NCBI RefSeq assembly: GCF_018350175.1
Contig: NC_058368.1
Span: 176,888,001 to 176,952,000 of the forward strand
DNA: 64,000 nt
Origin: Felis catus
Lineage: Eukaryota
Direction: 5' to 3'
The notes under the pieces were generated by a model. That model saw only the letters and a program-made list of their open reading frames with translations. It was not told the origin of the DNA and did no database searches. The translations under genes were made by a program, and so were the position numbers. Shown here in pieces: positions 39,000 through 50,945 of this stretch (positions are counted from its first letter, which is position 1; each line of letters opens with the position of its first letter).

Positions 39000-40880
39000 T
39001 GTTTTACTTTATTTTAAAAATAATCTCAGATTTACAGAAAGTTGCAAAAATGGTAGGAAGAAATTCTGTATACCCTTCATCCAGATTTCCCTAAATGTTA
39101 TTTTGTCGTTTATAATATTCTTTCTTTGTATATACCTACATGTGTGTAAATACTTTTCTTTAACCATATGATTAAGTTGGAGACAGGAAATCTTTTTACC
39201 CAAAAATACTTTAATATATATTTCCTAAGAGCAAGGACATTCTCTTATTTAACCACAATATAATGATCAAAATCATGACATTAATATTGATATCATGTTA
39301 ATATTTGCTCTGTAGACTTTATTCAGTTTCACCATTGTCTTCCCTAGTATTCAAAGAAAATCACCCAGGATCATGCATTGTGTTTTGGTTGTCATATCTC
39401 TTTAGTCTACTTTAATCTGGAGCAGTTTAGGAGACTTTATCTTTCATGACCTTGGTATTTTGAAATGTACATACAGGCCAGTTATGTACATTTCAAATGT
39501 ACAGGCAGAATGTTCCATCAATTTGAATTTTCTGATGTTTCCTCATGCTTGGATACCTCATGATTAGGTAATACCACAGAGATTGTGTCCTTCCTAGTGC
39601 ATGATGTCAGGAGTCATATAATGTCTCTTTTTCCATTATGGGTGATGTCGATTTTGATCCGTTCTGGTGCTAGCCATATTTCTTTACTGTAAAGTTAACT
39701 TTTTCCCTGTACAAATAATAATCTAGTAGGGAGAAAAAAAAGTATCTAGTAGGAAGATTGAGTATATGTAAATATTTTGTTATCAAACAGGCATTAGTTT
39801 TAGCATCCATTGATAATTCTTGTCTCAAACAATTGTGGTTGTCAAATGGTGATTTTTTTCTAATTTCATCACTTCTTTTAATTATTAAATTTAATGTAAA
39901 AAAGAGCCCTCATCTCCTCCATTCATTTACTTATTGTATTAGTACAGTAATGTACTAATGGTTTTCTATTTTATTCCATGAGGTATAATCTGTTACCATT
40001 GTCATTTATTTTGATGCTTAAATGGTACCATATTGGCCAGTGGGAGCTCTTCCAAACTGGCCTCTTTTCCTTTGGCATGGCTTGATTATTTGTTAAGCAC
40101 CTATTTGTTTTCTAGTATTGTTTGCTAGTATATTTGTTTTCTGGTATAACAAGATGTTTCAGGCTCATCTTGTATTTTTAGCCCTGTAATCAGCCAGGGA
40201 TCCCTGGTTCCTTTTAGTGGAGAATGATATTTGGAAGCCAGGATCTAGATTCCAGGTGTATTTGGTACTATTGGAGTGGCATTGCTTCTAGATTCTCTCA
40301 GTGAAAAGAGTTAGGATAGATAATAAATATGTAGATATATAGGTATAGATACAGATATATCCCTAAATATAAGTGACATATATGTGTGTATAACACACAT
40401 CTCTTTTTTTTTTTTTTTAAATGTTTATTTATTTTTGAGAGAGAGAGAGAGAGAGAGAGAGAGCATGAGCAGGGAAGGGACAGGGAGAGAGGGAGACACA
40501 GAATCCAAAGCAGACTCCAGGCTCTGAGCTGTCAGCACAGAACCTGATGCGGGGCTTGAACCCACAAACCGTGAGATCATGACCTGAGTCAAAGTCGGAC
40601 CCTCAACCAACTGAGCCACCCAGGTGCCCCAACACACATCTCTTTTTATGTATTAAAAACAGTGAGTTCATAATGATATCTAGCATTCCCCTGCCTGTAT
40701 TTACAATTGTATTTCTCACAGTGAAAAATTTGGCTCTCAGTTTCCACAATATATTTATTTATTTACTCAATCTTAAAATACGTACTTTTGGAATTGCCAA
40801 TTCATTTTATTGTGAAAAGCAAAACCACCAACTGGAATTGTTTACAGTTCTGTGTGTCTTTAGCTTAAGGGTAAAATTAC
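39000..40880 (-). mobile_element. L1MC-like 3' region with a SINE at 40405-40630
   Basis: aataatctcagatttacagaaagttgcaaaaatggta...tacccttcatccagatttccc is the characteristic L1MC/MD 3' terminus. Confidence 0.8.
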
Positions 40881-41448
40881 TAACAAAAGAGGTGCCTGGG
40901 TGTCTCAATCAGTTAAGCCAAGTAAGCGTCCAACTCTTGATTTTGGCTCATGTCATGATTTCACCCTTTGTGGGATCCAGCTCTGCGTCGGTTCCCTGTT
41001 TAGGATTCTCTCCCTCACTCTGCCCCTCCCCCACTCACACTTGGGAGCATGTTCCTCTGTCTCACTCTCTCACAAAATAAAGAACTTTAAAACAATATTA
41101 CTAACAAAATTTCTGTCCTCTGAAGTTTAAGTTAGATGCACACTTTTTTTTTAAGTTTTCTTTTTTTTTTTTTAAGTTTACTTATTTGTTTTGAAAGAGA
41201 GAGAGAATCCCAAGCAGCTTTTGCTGTCAGCACAGAGCCTGATGCAGTGCTTGAACTCACAAACTGTGAAATCATGACATGAGCCGAAATCAAGAGTCAC
41301 TTAACCAGTTGAGCCATCTTCTTTTTTTTTTTTTTTTTTTTTTTTGAAAAATTTTTGATGTGGGGCTTAAACTCACAACCCTCGAGATCAAGAGTCACAT
41401 GCAGCTGACTGAGCCAGCCAGGTGCCTCTCTTCTTTTTTTTTTTTTTT

Positions 41449-42188
41449 CCACAGGAAAAAGACAAGAGCCCCAAATAAGGGTCCTTGCCCTGTATTTATT
41501 CAGACCAGAAGGCTTGCAAATGGATAGGCGTGTATAAAGAGATAAACTAGGAACATTAACTTGTGGATGTGAGGGGGAAAAGGGGATTTTAAAGATATAC
41601 AGTGTTTGGGGTTTGGGTCAATATAAAACAAAATCCAGGCACCAGGCAGATGGGTAGATGGTTGTTAACAGCAGACAGGAGGCGCCTCACCTGTTTATCT
41701 TTGCCAGCCTAGGGGATGAGACAGACAGGGGGAATAACCTCAGGGTTAATATGCCACCTTTTCTTTTGTTAACCATCTCTGCTCTGGGCTGCTTTGCCTG
41801 CAGCGCAGTGGTCCAGAGTCCAATTCACCAATTTTTTTACCTAACCTGGCCCCAATCTCCTATGGAAGCAGCTTTCTGCTATGGGGTGCTTTCACCTTGA
41901 ATATCTAATCTTGTTATTCCTGTGCGCCATTTCTATTTCAGGCCTTTGCCTCTCTCTCTATTTTTGGGGGCTCAGCAACCCCTCCCTATGTTGGGGTGCT
42001 TTGCACCTCCCTATTCCTGGCACCTTTGTGCCTTCCTATTCTCGGGGTGTCTTTGCACCACCCTATTCTTGGAGTGCCAATCTGGTTTACCCAAACTCGG
42101 GTGTGAGCATTATATTGACTTTGTATTTCTTTGTGTCTTGTTAACCCATTGGTGTAAACTCAGGGGATTCCTAAGCTTATCCCCCACA
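41449..42188 (-). mobile_element. ERV solo-LTR-like element (~740 bp)
   Basis: The minus strand begins TGTGGGGGATAAGCTTAGG, has U3-like imperfect internal repeats (aatagg...gcaaag.cacccc) and an AATAAA near its 3' end (plus strand tttatt, 41495-41500). No terminal CA is evident. Confidence 0.7.
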
Positions 42189-42810
42189 GGGGTGCATATA
42201 TCCTTTAGAAGTAGTTTTTTTTTTTTCTTTTGTATTCTTTGGGTAAGTACCCATTAGTCCAATTGCTGCATCACAAATTAGTTCTATTTTTAATTATCTG
42301 AGGAATTTCCATACTGTTTTTCAAAATGGCAGCAGCAATCTGCATTCCCAGCAAAAGTGCATGAGGGTTCCTTTTTCTCCACATCCTCACCAACATTAGT
42401 TTTTTTCTTATTGATTTTAGCCGTTGTGACAGGTGTAAGGTGATATCACGTGGTAGTTTTGATTTGCATTTCCCTGATCATGAGTGATGTTGAGCATCTT
42501 TTCATGTGTCTGTTGGCCATCTGAATGTCTTCTTCGTGGAAATGTCTGTTTGTGACTTGGGCCCATTTGTATACTGTATTGTTTTCTGGCTGTTGAGTTG
42601 TATAATTTCTTCATATATTTTGGGTACTAACCGTTTATCAGCTATGCCATTTGCAGATATCTTCTCCCATTTAGTAAGTTGCTTTTCAGTTTTGTTGATT
42701 GTTTCCATCGCTGAGCAGGAGCAATTTATTTTGATGTAGCCCCAATAGTTTAATTTTGTTTTTATTTCCTCTGCCTCAGGAGACACTCTAGAAAAATGTA
42801 GCCATGGCCT
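42189..42810 (-). mobile_element. Carnivore L1 ORF2 3' fragment lacking its own 3' UTR
   Basis: ORF 42502..42786 ([30 protein letters not shown]) is L1 ORF2p. It abuts the LTR 5' end. Confidence 0.88.
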
Positions 42811-42834
42811 AGCATAATAAAAACTTATTCTTCT

Positions 42835-43475
42835 TTTAAATTTTATTTATTTGTTTTTATTTTTTTTTAATTTACATCCAAATTAGTTAGCATATAGCAC
42901 AACAATGATTTCAGGAGTTAGATTCCTTAGTGCTCCTTACCCATTTATCCCACCCCCCTCTCACAACCCCTCCAGTAACCCTCAGTTTGTTCTCCTTATT
43001 TATGAGTCTCTTCTGTTTTATCCCCTCCCTGTTTTTATATCATTTTTGTTTCCCTTCCCTTATGTTTATCCTTTTTGTCTCTTAAAGTCCTCATATGAGT
43101 GAAGTCAGATGAGTTTTGTCTTTCTCTGATTAATTTCACTTAGCATAATAACCTCCAGTTCCATCCTCGTAATTGCAAATGGCAAAATTTCATTCTTTTT
43201 GATTGCCGAGTAATACTCCATTGTATATACGTATACCACATCTTCTTTATCCATTCATCCATCGGTGGACATTGGGGCTCTTTCCATAATTTGGCTATTG
43301 TTGATAGTGCTGCTATAAACATGGGGGTGCATGTGTCCCTTCGAAACAGCACACCTGTATCCCATGGATAAATGCCTAGTAGTGCAATTGCTGGTTGTAG
43401 GGTAGTTCTGTTTTTAGTTTTTTGAGGAATCTCCATCCTGTTTTCCAGAGTAGCTGCACCAGCTTGCATTCCCAA
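42835..43475 (-). mobile_element. Young felid L1, 5'-truncated 3' end
   Basis: ORF 43140..43475 ([34 protein letters not shown]), T-rich tail, and high similarity to the copy at 62910-64000. Confidence 0.92.
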
Positions 43476-45159
43476 TCTCTCTTCTTAAATCAGTTTTGAT
43501 AATTTATTTCTGAGAACTTGTCCATTTCATCTAAGTCGTTTAATTTGCTGGTGTACCACATAGTATTCTAGTATTATAATCTTTTTTTATTCCTGTAACT
43601 TTAGCCATAATATCTGTACTTTTGTTTCTGATTTTAGTTACTTGTGTCTTTTTTATTCTTAGTCAAGCTACAAATTTGACAATTTTGTTGGTCTTTTCAA
43701 AGGACTAGTTTTTGGTTTTGTTGAATCTCTGTTGTTTCTCTGTTCTGTATTTTATTTACCTCTGCTCTAATCTTTATTATTACCTTGCTTCTGCTAGCTT
43801 TGGGTTTATGGTTCCTTAAGGTGTGTAGTTAGGTTATTGATTGAGAGTTTTCTTCTTTTTAAATGTAAACATTTCTAGTTCTGAATTCCCCTGTGAATAT
43901 TGCTTTTGCTGTATCTTATGAGTTTTTATATTTTGTGTTTTTGTTTTCATTCGTCTTTTCTCATTTCCTTGTGGTTTCTTAATTGATCCATTGGATATGA
44001 GTGTGTTGTTTAATTTCCATATTATATATTTGTGACTTTTCCAGTTGTCTTTTTTATTGGTTTCCACCTTTATTCCATTATGGTCAGAGAATATATGTTG
44101 TATGATTTCAGTCTGAAGTTTATTGAGACTGGTTTTCTGGCCTAATTTATTAGTCTGTCCTGGAGAATTTCCATGTGCACTTAAGACGGATATGTATTTT
44201 TGCTGTTGTTGGTGAAATCTTCTATATATCAATCTGTTAGGTTTACTTGGTTTATAATATTGTTCAAGTCTTCTGTTTGGCTATTCTATTCGTTATTGAA
44301 AATGGAGTATTATAATTTCCAACTATTACTGTAGAACTTTATCCCTTCAATTCTGTCGGTTATTTCCTTAATATATTCTGGGACTCTGTTGTTAAGTACA
44401 TACATGTTTATAATTGTTATATTTTCCTGATAAATTGACCTGTTTATTATAAAATGTCCTTCTTTGTCTTTAGTAAAAATGTTTGTGTTAAAGTCTGTTT
44501 TGTCTGATACAACCTAGTCATGCCAGCTCTCTTTTGGTGACTCCCTGCGTGGTATATCTTTTTCCATTTTTTGCTTTCAACTTAAATGTGTTTTTCATTC
44601 TAAAGTGTATCTTGTGGGTAGCATATAGTTGAATGATGGTTTTTTGGTCCAATTCTGTAAATTTCAACATTTTTTTAAGATTAAAAAAAATGTTTTTAAG
44701 TAACCTCCATGCCCAACAAGGGGCTAGAACCTGCGACCCCATGTTCAAGAGTTGCATGCTCTGTGACTGAGCCGGCCAGGCGCTTTTGTAAATTTCAACA
44801 TTTTGATTAGAATGCTTAATATTTATATTTCATGTTAATACTAGTAAAATAGAATTTATATTTGCCATTTTCTGGGGAGGTTGCTATATGTTTTATTCCT
44901 TTTTTCTTCTGTCCCTCTATTAATGGTTTATTTAGTGTTAAATAGGTATTTTTCTAGTGTATCATTTTAATTTCTTTGTCATTTCTTTTGCTATATATTT
45001 TTGCATCGTTTTCCTAGTGGTTGCTCTGAAGATTATAATTAACAATTTATAACAATCTAATTGAAAGCAATCTAATTTCAGTAGCACATAAAAACTTGTA
45101 CAAAGCTCCTTCCCCTCCCTCCTTTGTGCTCTTGTTAACATACAAATTACATCTTTATA

Positions 45160-45327
45160 TAGTAAAACCTTGAATTGCGACTTCTTGTTCTGCAAGTGTT
45201 CCACAAGATGAGCAAACATTTCTAATAAATTTTAACTTGATAAGCGAGCAGTGTCTTGCAATACGAGTAGTACCTGGCACCAAATGTCACATGATGACAA
45301 ATGAGCCAGTGGTTCTTTTCCCTCCCT

Positions 45328-45408
<81 letters not shown>

Positions 45409-46087
45409 GGATTGAGGGTGATCATCTCTCATGCTTGGTTGCTGGACTCAGGCCGTGGTGTTTGGCAGAAATCAGTGGTTTTCCAGAATGTTGGAAGGTG
45501 CCCACAACTGACATTAGTGTAATTTTTGTCACTTCAAAGCACCTATGGACAGTCCTTTGCTTTTCTGTGCAAGAGTAAGCTTAGGAATGCTTTGCTCCAT
45601 TCTAGATCAGGCTGTCTGCAGATATAGGCCCTTTTCCTCTGCTGCATTATTGCCAGTTACATTAAATACAGTATATAACAAGAATTTATTACTACTGTAC
45701 TGTAGTCAACATCTGTGCGAGTATATATAGTGGTCTGCATGCAGAAAAAGATCCTGTTGAGGTGATAGCAGTGATTCTGTTAGTGATAGTGAGAGTTGTC
45801 CTACACAATAACTCTCCTTACTCTTGTTTCCCTCACATCAGCCACAAAGGTTTTCAAAGGTAAGTGCAGGTTAATTTACTTATTTTTCTTTATATTTTGT
45901 ATTTTCTTTATTGTTTGGTATAATATTACAGTATTGTAATCATTTTTTTATGAATATTTTTCCATTGTGGAACAAATCATCTGAGTTTCCATTATTTCTT
46001 ATGGGGAAATTTGCTTTGATATACAAGTGCTTTGGATTACAAGCATGTTTCTGGAATGAATTATGCTTGCAAATCAAGGTTTTATTG
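45160..46087. mobile_element. TcMar-Tigger-like non-autonomous DNA transposon (928 bp) nested in L1
   Basis: 21-bp TIRs (TAGTAAAACCTTGAATTGCGA versus the reverse complement of the right end, CAATAAAACCTTGATTTGCAA; 17/21 identical) and TA TSD at 45158-45159 and 46088-46089. Confidence 0.88.
45320..45407. repeat. Compound (CCCT)n(CT)n(GT)n microsatellite
   Basis: Seen directly, inside the Tigger-like element. Confidence 0.95.
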
Positions 46088-46612
46088 TACATTGTATGCT
46101 CATGAACACAGATTTATAATTATTGCTTTATACACATGTCCTTTAGATCAAATAAGAAGAAACAATTTCAAGTGAAAAATCTATATTTGCTGGGTTTTAT
46201 ACTGAACTGAGTAAATTTGCATATGTAAATTTACCTTTACTGATTTTTTTTTATTTCTAAATGTATATTCACAATACTGTTGAATATCATTTTGTTCCAG
46301 CCTGAAGGACTTCCTATAGTTGTTTTTTTGTTTTGTTTTGTTTTTTGGGTTTTTTTGCAGAGCTAGTCTGCTAGCAACAAAACCTCTCAGCTTTTGTTTA
46401 TCTGGGCATATTTTACTTTCTCCATAATTTTCAAAAGATACTTTTTGGTGGATATAGAATTCTTGGTTAACACACTCTTCTTTTCATTATTTTGAATATC
46501 CATCTCACTGCCTTTTGTCCTCTGTGGCTTCTGATGAGAAATCAGTTGTTAAACTTTTTGAGGATGTCTTGTATGTGAGAATTCCTTCTTGTTCTTTAAA
46601 GATCTTCTCTTT

Positions 46613-48050
46613 GGGGGCTCCTGGGTGGCTTAGTTGGTTAAGCATCCAACTCTTGTTTTCAGCCCAGGTCATGACCTCACGTTTCCAGAATTTGAGCCCC
46701 ATATCAGGCTCTGCACTGACAGTGTAGAGCCTGCTTGGGATTCTCTCTCTCCCCCTCTCTCTGCCACTCCCCCACTCATGCTTCCTCTCTCTGAAAATAA
46801 ATAAACAAAAAAGAAAACAACAGGGACACCTGGGTGGTTAGTCGGTTAAGCCTCTGACTGGCTCAGGTCATGATCTCGTGGTCTGTGAGTTTGAGCCCTG
46901 TGTCGGGCTCTGTGCTGACAGCTCAGAGCTTGGAGCCTGCTTCGGATTCTGTGTCTCCCTCTCTCTTTGCCCCTCCCCTGCTCATGCTCTGTCTCTCTCT
47001 GTCTCAAAAATAAATAAAAACATTAAAAAAAAAAAAAAGAAAGAAAACAACAATATTTACTATATGTGGGGCACCTGGGAGGCTCAGTGGGAAAAGCATG
47101 AGACTCTTGATTTCAGGGTCATGAGTTAGGACCCCACCTTGGGTGTAGAGATTACTTAAATAAAATATTTTTTAAAAAGATCTCTGTATTTGGCTTTTGA
47201 CTGTTTTATTATATGTCTAGGTAGGGATCTCTTGCATATATAGATCAATGTATTTCATCATATATAAGAAGTTTGGGGCCATTATTTTTCCAATACTCGT
47301 TGTACCTTTTTCTCTCTTGTTCTTCTTCCTCTTCTTTGTTTTAATGTTTATTTGAGAGAGAGAGAGAGATAGTGTGCGAGCACAAGAGAGTGGCAGAGAG
47401 AGAATCCCAAGCAGGCTCCATGCTGTCAGTGCAGAGCCCCACATGAGGCTTGATCTCACAAACTCCAAGATTGTGACCTGAGGCGAAATCAGGAGTTGGA
47501 CACTGAAACAGCTGAGCCACCCAGGTGCCCCTTCTCTCTCCTTCTAGTACTCATATTATGTGTATGTGTATTGGTAATCTTGATGGTTACACCTTTATCA
47601 GGATCTCTTGAGATTTTGCTCATTTTCTTTGTTTTTGTTTTTTTTTTTTTAAATGTTCCTCAGAGTAGATCAGCTTAAAGGACCTATCTTCATGTTCACT
47701 GATTCTTCTGCCTGCTCAAATCTGTTATTAAGTCTCTCCAGTGACTTTTTCATTGTTATTGCCCTTCCTTCCTTCCTTCCTTCCTTCCTTCCTTCCTTCC
47801 TTCCTTCCTTCCTTCCTTCCTTCCTTCCTTCCTTCCTTTTGTTCTTTCTTTCAACTTTTATTTATTTTTGAGAGACAGAGCATGACCAGGAAAGGGGCAG
47901 AGAGAGAGGGAAGGGAAACAGAATCTGAAGCAGGCTGCAGGCTCTGAGCTGTCAGCACAGAGCTTGACGTGGGGCTTGAACCCATGAACTGCAAGATCAT
48001 GACCTGAGCTGAAGTCGGACGTTTAACTGACTGAGCCACCTAGGTGTCCC
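46613..48050. mobile_element. CAN-SINE cluster (46613-46810 +, 46823-47040 +, 47068-47165 +, 47335-47531 -, 47850-48050 -)
   Basis: Canonical heads. The 46823 copy sits in the tail of the previous one (TSD aaagaaaacaaca). Confidence 0.92.
47763..47838. repeat. (CCTT)n tetranucleotide microsatellite at a SINE tail
   Basis: Seen directly. Confidence 0.95.
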
Positions 48051-48093
48051 TGTTATTGCACTTTCATCATTTTAAAAATAATTTCTATCTCTT

Positions 48094-48329
48094 GGGGGGT
48101 GGAGGAAGCAAAATGGATAAAGGCAAGTGGGAGCTACAGGCTTCCAATTATGGAATGAATAAGTCACAGAAATGCACAGCATAGGGAATACAGTCAATGA
48201 TATTGTAATAGTGTTGTGTGGTGACAAATGTAGCTAACATTTGTGCTGAGCATAACATAAGGAATAGAGATGTTGAATCAGTATTGTGCACCTGAAACTA
48301 ATGTAATATTGTGTGTCAACTATACTCCG
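48094..48329 (+). mobile_element. Short 5'-truncated carnivore L1 3' end
   Basis: tacaggcttccaattatggaatgaataagtcac...cacctgaaactaatgtaatattgtgtgtcaactatac, flanked by aaaaataatttct at 48074 and 48330. Confidence 0.85.
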
Positions 48330-49561
48330 AAAAATAATTTCTCTTTATTAAGACTTAATCTTATTCTTCTAGTTCTTTACACATGGTTTCCTTTAGTTCT
48401 TTGAACATATTTAAGATAGCTTAAATTCTTTGTCTTGTAAGTCCAATGTCTGGACTTTCTCAGTGACAGTTTCTTTTATCTGCTGCCCCCTCCCCTGTGT
48501 GTGGGCCATACATTCTTTGCATGTCTCATAATTTTTTTGGTTGAAAACTGAACATTTAAGATACTACATGACAACCCTTGATTTCAAATTCTCTCTCCCT
48601 CAGGGTTTGTTATTATTACTGTTTTTTTGTTTTTTTACTGCCTTTACTGAACTAATTCTGTAAAGTTTGTATTCTTTGTTAGGTATGGCCACTGAAGTCT
48701 CTGCTTAGTTTAGTGGTGAGCTAATGGCTGTGTACATATTTCCTTAAAAGTGCAGAATCAATAATTGTCCTATTCTTTGCTACATGGCTCTGTGTTTGTA
48801 TTGGGGCTCACATATTGGGGCTCATATTGGTACTGCTGTACCTTAGCCTTTATTTCCTACTTGTACAGAGCCTCAGTATCAGTCAGAAATAAGACCTTAG
48901 GATATTCTCTTGTCTTTCCTAAACATGTACACAGTCCCTGAATATGCACAGTTCTATGCATGAACAGCCTTTTAGATTCCCAGAAATACGTCAGTTTTTC
49001 TGGACATCTCATTCCCCAGCTTTGATTACCTTCTTGCTTGCCCCAAATGTTTCACTGCCTCTTGCAGGTGCAGTGTTAAACAATTTCTGCTTATAGTTTT
49101 TGACAAATGCCCCAGGAAAAGGCTGTTCATCCTGGGAGAGCTGTAAGTTAGGTCAAATAAATATAAGCCCTATGAGTAATATTTCCCAGAGAACTTCCAC
49201 ATAGGCCAAAAACGACTGTTTGTTTGTTTGTTTGTTTGTTTGGGATTGGGGCTTTTAAAGAGCTCCAACCCCATTAGACCCCTCCCGTGGCTGTGGGGCT
49301 GGGGACTTTCACTGTGATTGCTGTCTGTTGGTTCTCAAGTCTGCCTTGGAGCTGGGGAGAGGGGAATTGGTCAAGGCATGTTAAAATACCACAATACTCA
49401 TGGTTTTTACCAAAATTCAGCACTTTTTCTTGAATAAGAAGGAGTAAATCCTCCCTGGATTGTAAGAAGTCTTTGGTTAATTTCCAGATTTCTGAAGTTT
49501 ATTTTGACAATTTTTGCCAATGTTCTCATTGCATTTATAGAGAAGATTTTCAGAAGTCCTT

Positions 49562-50876
49562 GGGGCACCTGGGTGGCTCAGTTGGTTAACTGTCCAACTT
49601 TGGCTCAGATCATAATCTCACAGTCTGTGGGTTTGGAGCCCCGTGTTGGGCTCTGTACTGACAACTCAGAGCCTGGAGCCTTGCTTTGGATTCTGTCTGT
49701 CTGTCTCACTCTCGCACACACACAAAATAAATATTAAAAAAAAAAAAAAAAAGTTCTTTATCTTTTCTGGTGATAGCACTCAATTTTTTTTAAGCTTATG
49801 TATTTATTTTGAGAGAGAGCATGAGCAGAGGAAGAGCAGAGAGAGGGAGAGAGAGGATCCCAAATAGGCTCCCCACTGACACTGGGCTTGATCCCACAAA
49901 CTTTGAGATAATAACTTGAGCTGAAATCAAGAGTTGGGACACTCAACCTACTGAGCCACCCTGGCACCCCATCACTCAATTATTTTGTAAGGAGGTTTGA
50001 ATAATAACTTAAAATGTCTTTTATATTTGTCCATGTAGTTAACCATTTGTAATGGTCCCCATTCCTTTGTGTAGATTTAGGTTTCCATCTGTTACCATTT
50101 TCTTTCTGCCCAAAGTACTTTGTAATATTTGGGTACAGGTATGTAGGTGATAAATTCTTTTAGTCTTTTTTTTTTTTAAATGTTTGTTTATATTTGAGAA
50201 AGAGACAGAGTGTGAGCAGGAGAGGGGCAGAGAGAGGGGGAGACACAGAATCTGAAGCAAGCTCCAGGCTCTGAGCTGTCAACACAAAGCCTGACGTGGG
50301 ACTCGAACCCTCAAACCGAGAGATCATGACCTGAGCCAAAGTCAGACACTTAACTGACTGAGCCACCCAGGCACCCCGAGATCTTTCAGTCTTTATATGG
50401 CTGATAAGGTCTTTATTTCATCTTTGCATCTGTGTTTATGAGGAATACTTGTTTATAGTTTTTTTATATTTTATTTTTTGCAGTTGTGGCCCCATAAATT
50501 GAATTAGGGAGTATTCCTTTCTCTTTTGTTCTATGAAAGTGTGAGTAATTAGTATCATTTCTTTTTTTATTTTATTATTATTTTTTTAATGTTTAATTTT
50601 TGAGAGAGAGAGAGAGCATGAACAGGGGAGGTACAGAGAGAGAGAGGGAGATAGAGAATCCAAAGCAGGTTCCATGCTGACAGCGCAAAGCCCGATGTGG
50701 GGCCAAACCCACAAACATGAGATCATGACCTGAGCCAAAGTCGGAGGCTTAACTGACTGAGCCACCAGGAGCTCCATATTATTTCTTCTTTGTGTTGGTA
50801 GAATTCAGTAATCCCATCTGGCCCTGGAGTTTCCTTTGTCAGGAAGTTTTTAAAAACAAAATATCTTTAGTACCCT

Positions 50877-50945
<69 letters not shown>

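Larger units (their letters stand above)
43476..50160 (-). mobile_element. Ancient L1M 5' half (ORF2 endonuclease region, ORF1, 5' UTR) with many nested insertions
   Basis: ORF 43834..44232 has the L1 endonuclease motifs SAHG, KTSLNK and IFSDHNGIK. ORF1-like TTDFSSEATEDKRQ appears in ORF 46505..46702. Confidence 0.85.

Noticed and set aside
43476..50160. Intact or active L1
   Set aside because: The ORFs are fragmented by stops, frameshifts and nested insertions, and the younger L1 copies are 5'-truncated or cut by the window edge.
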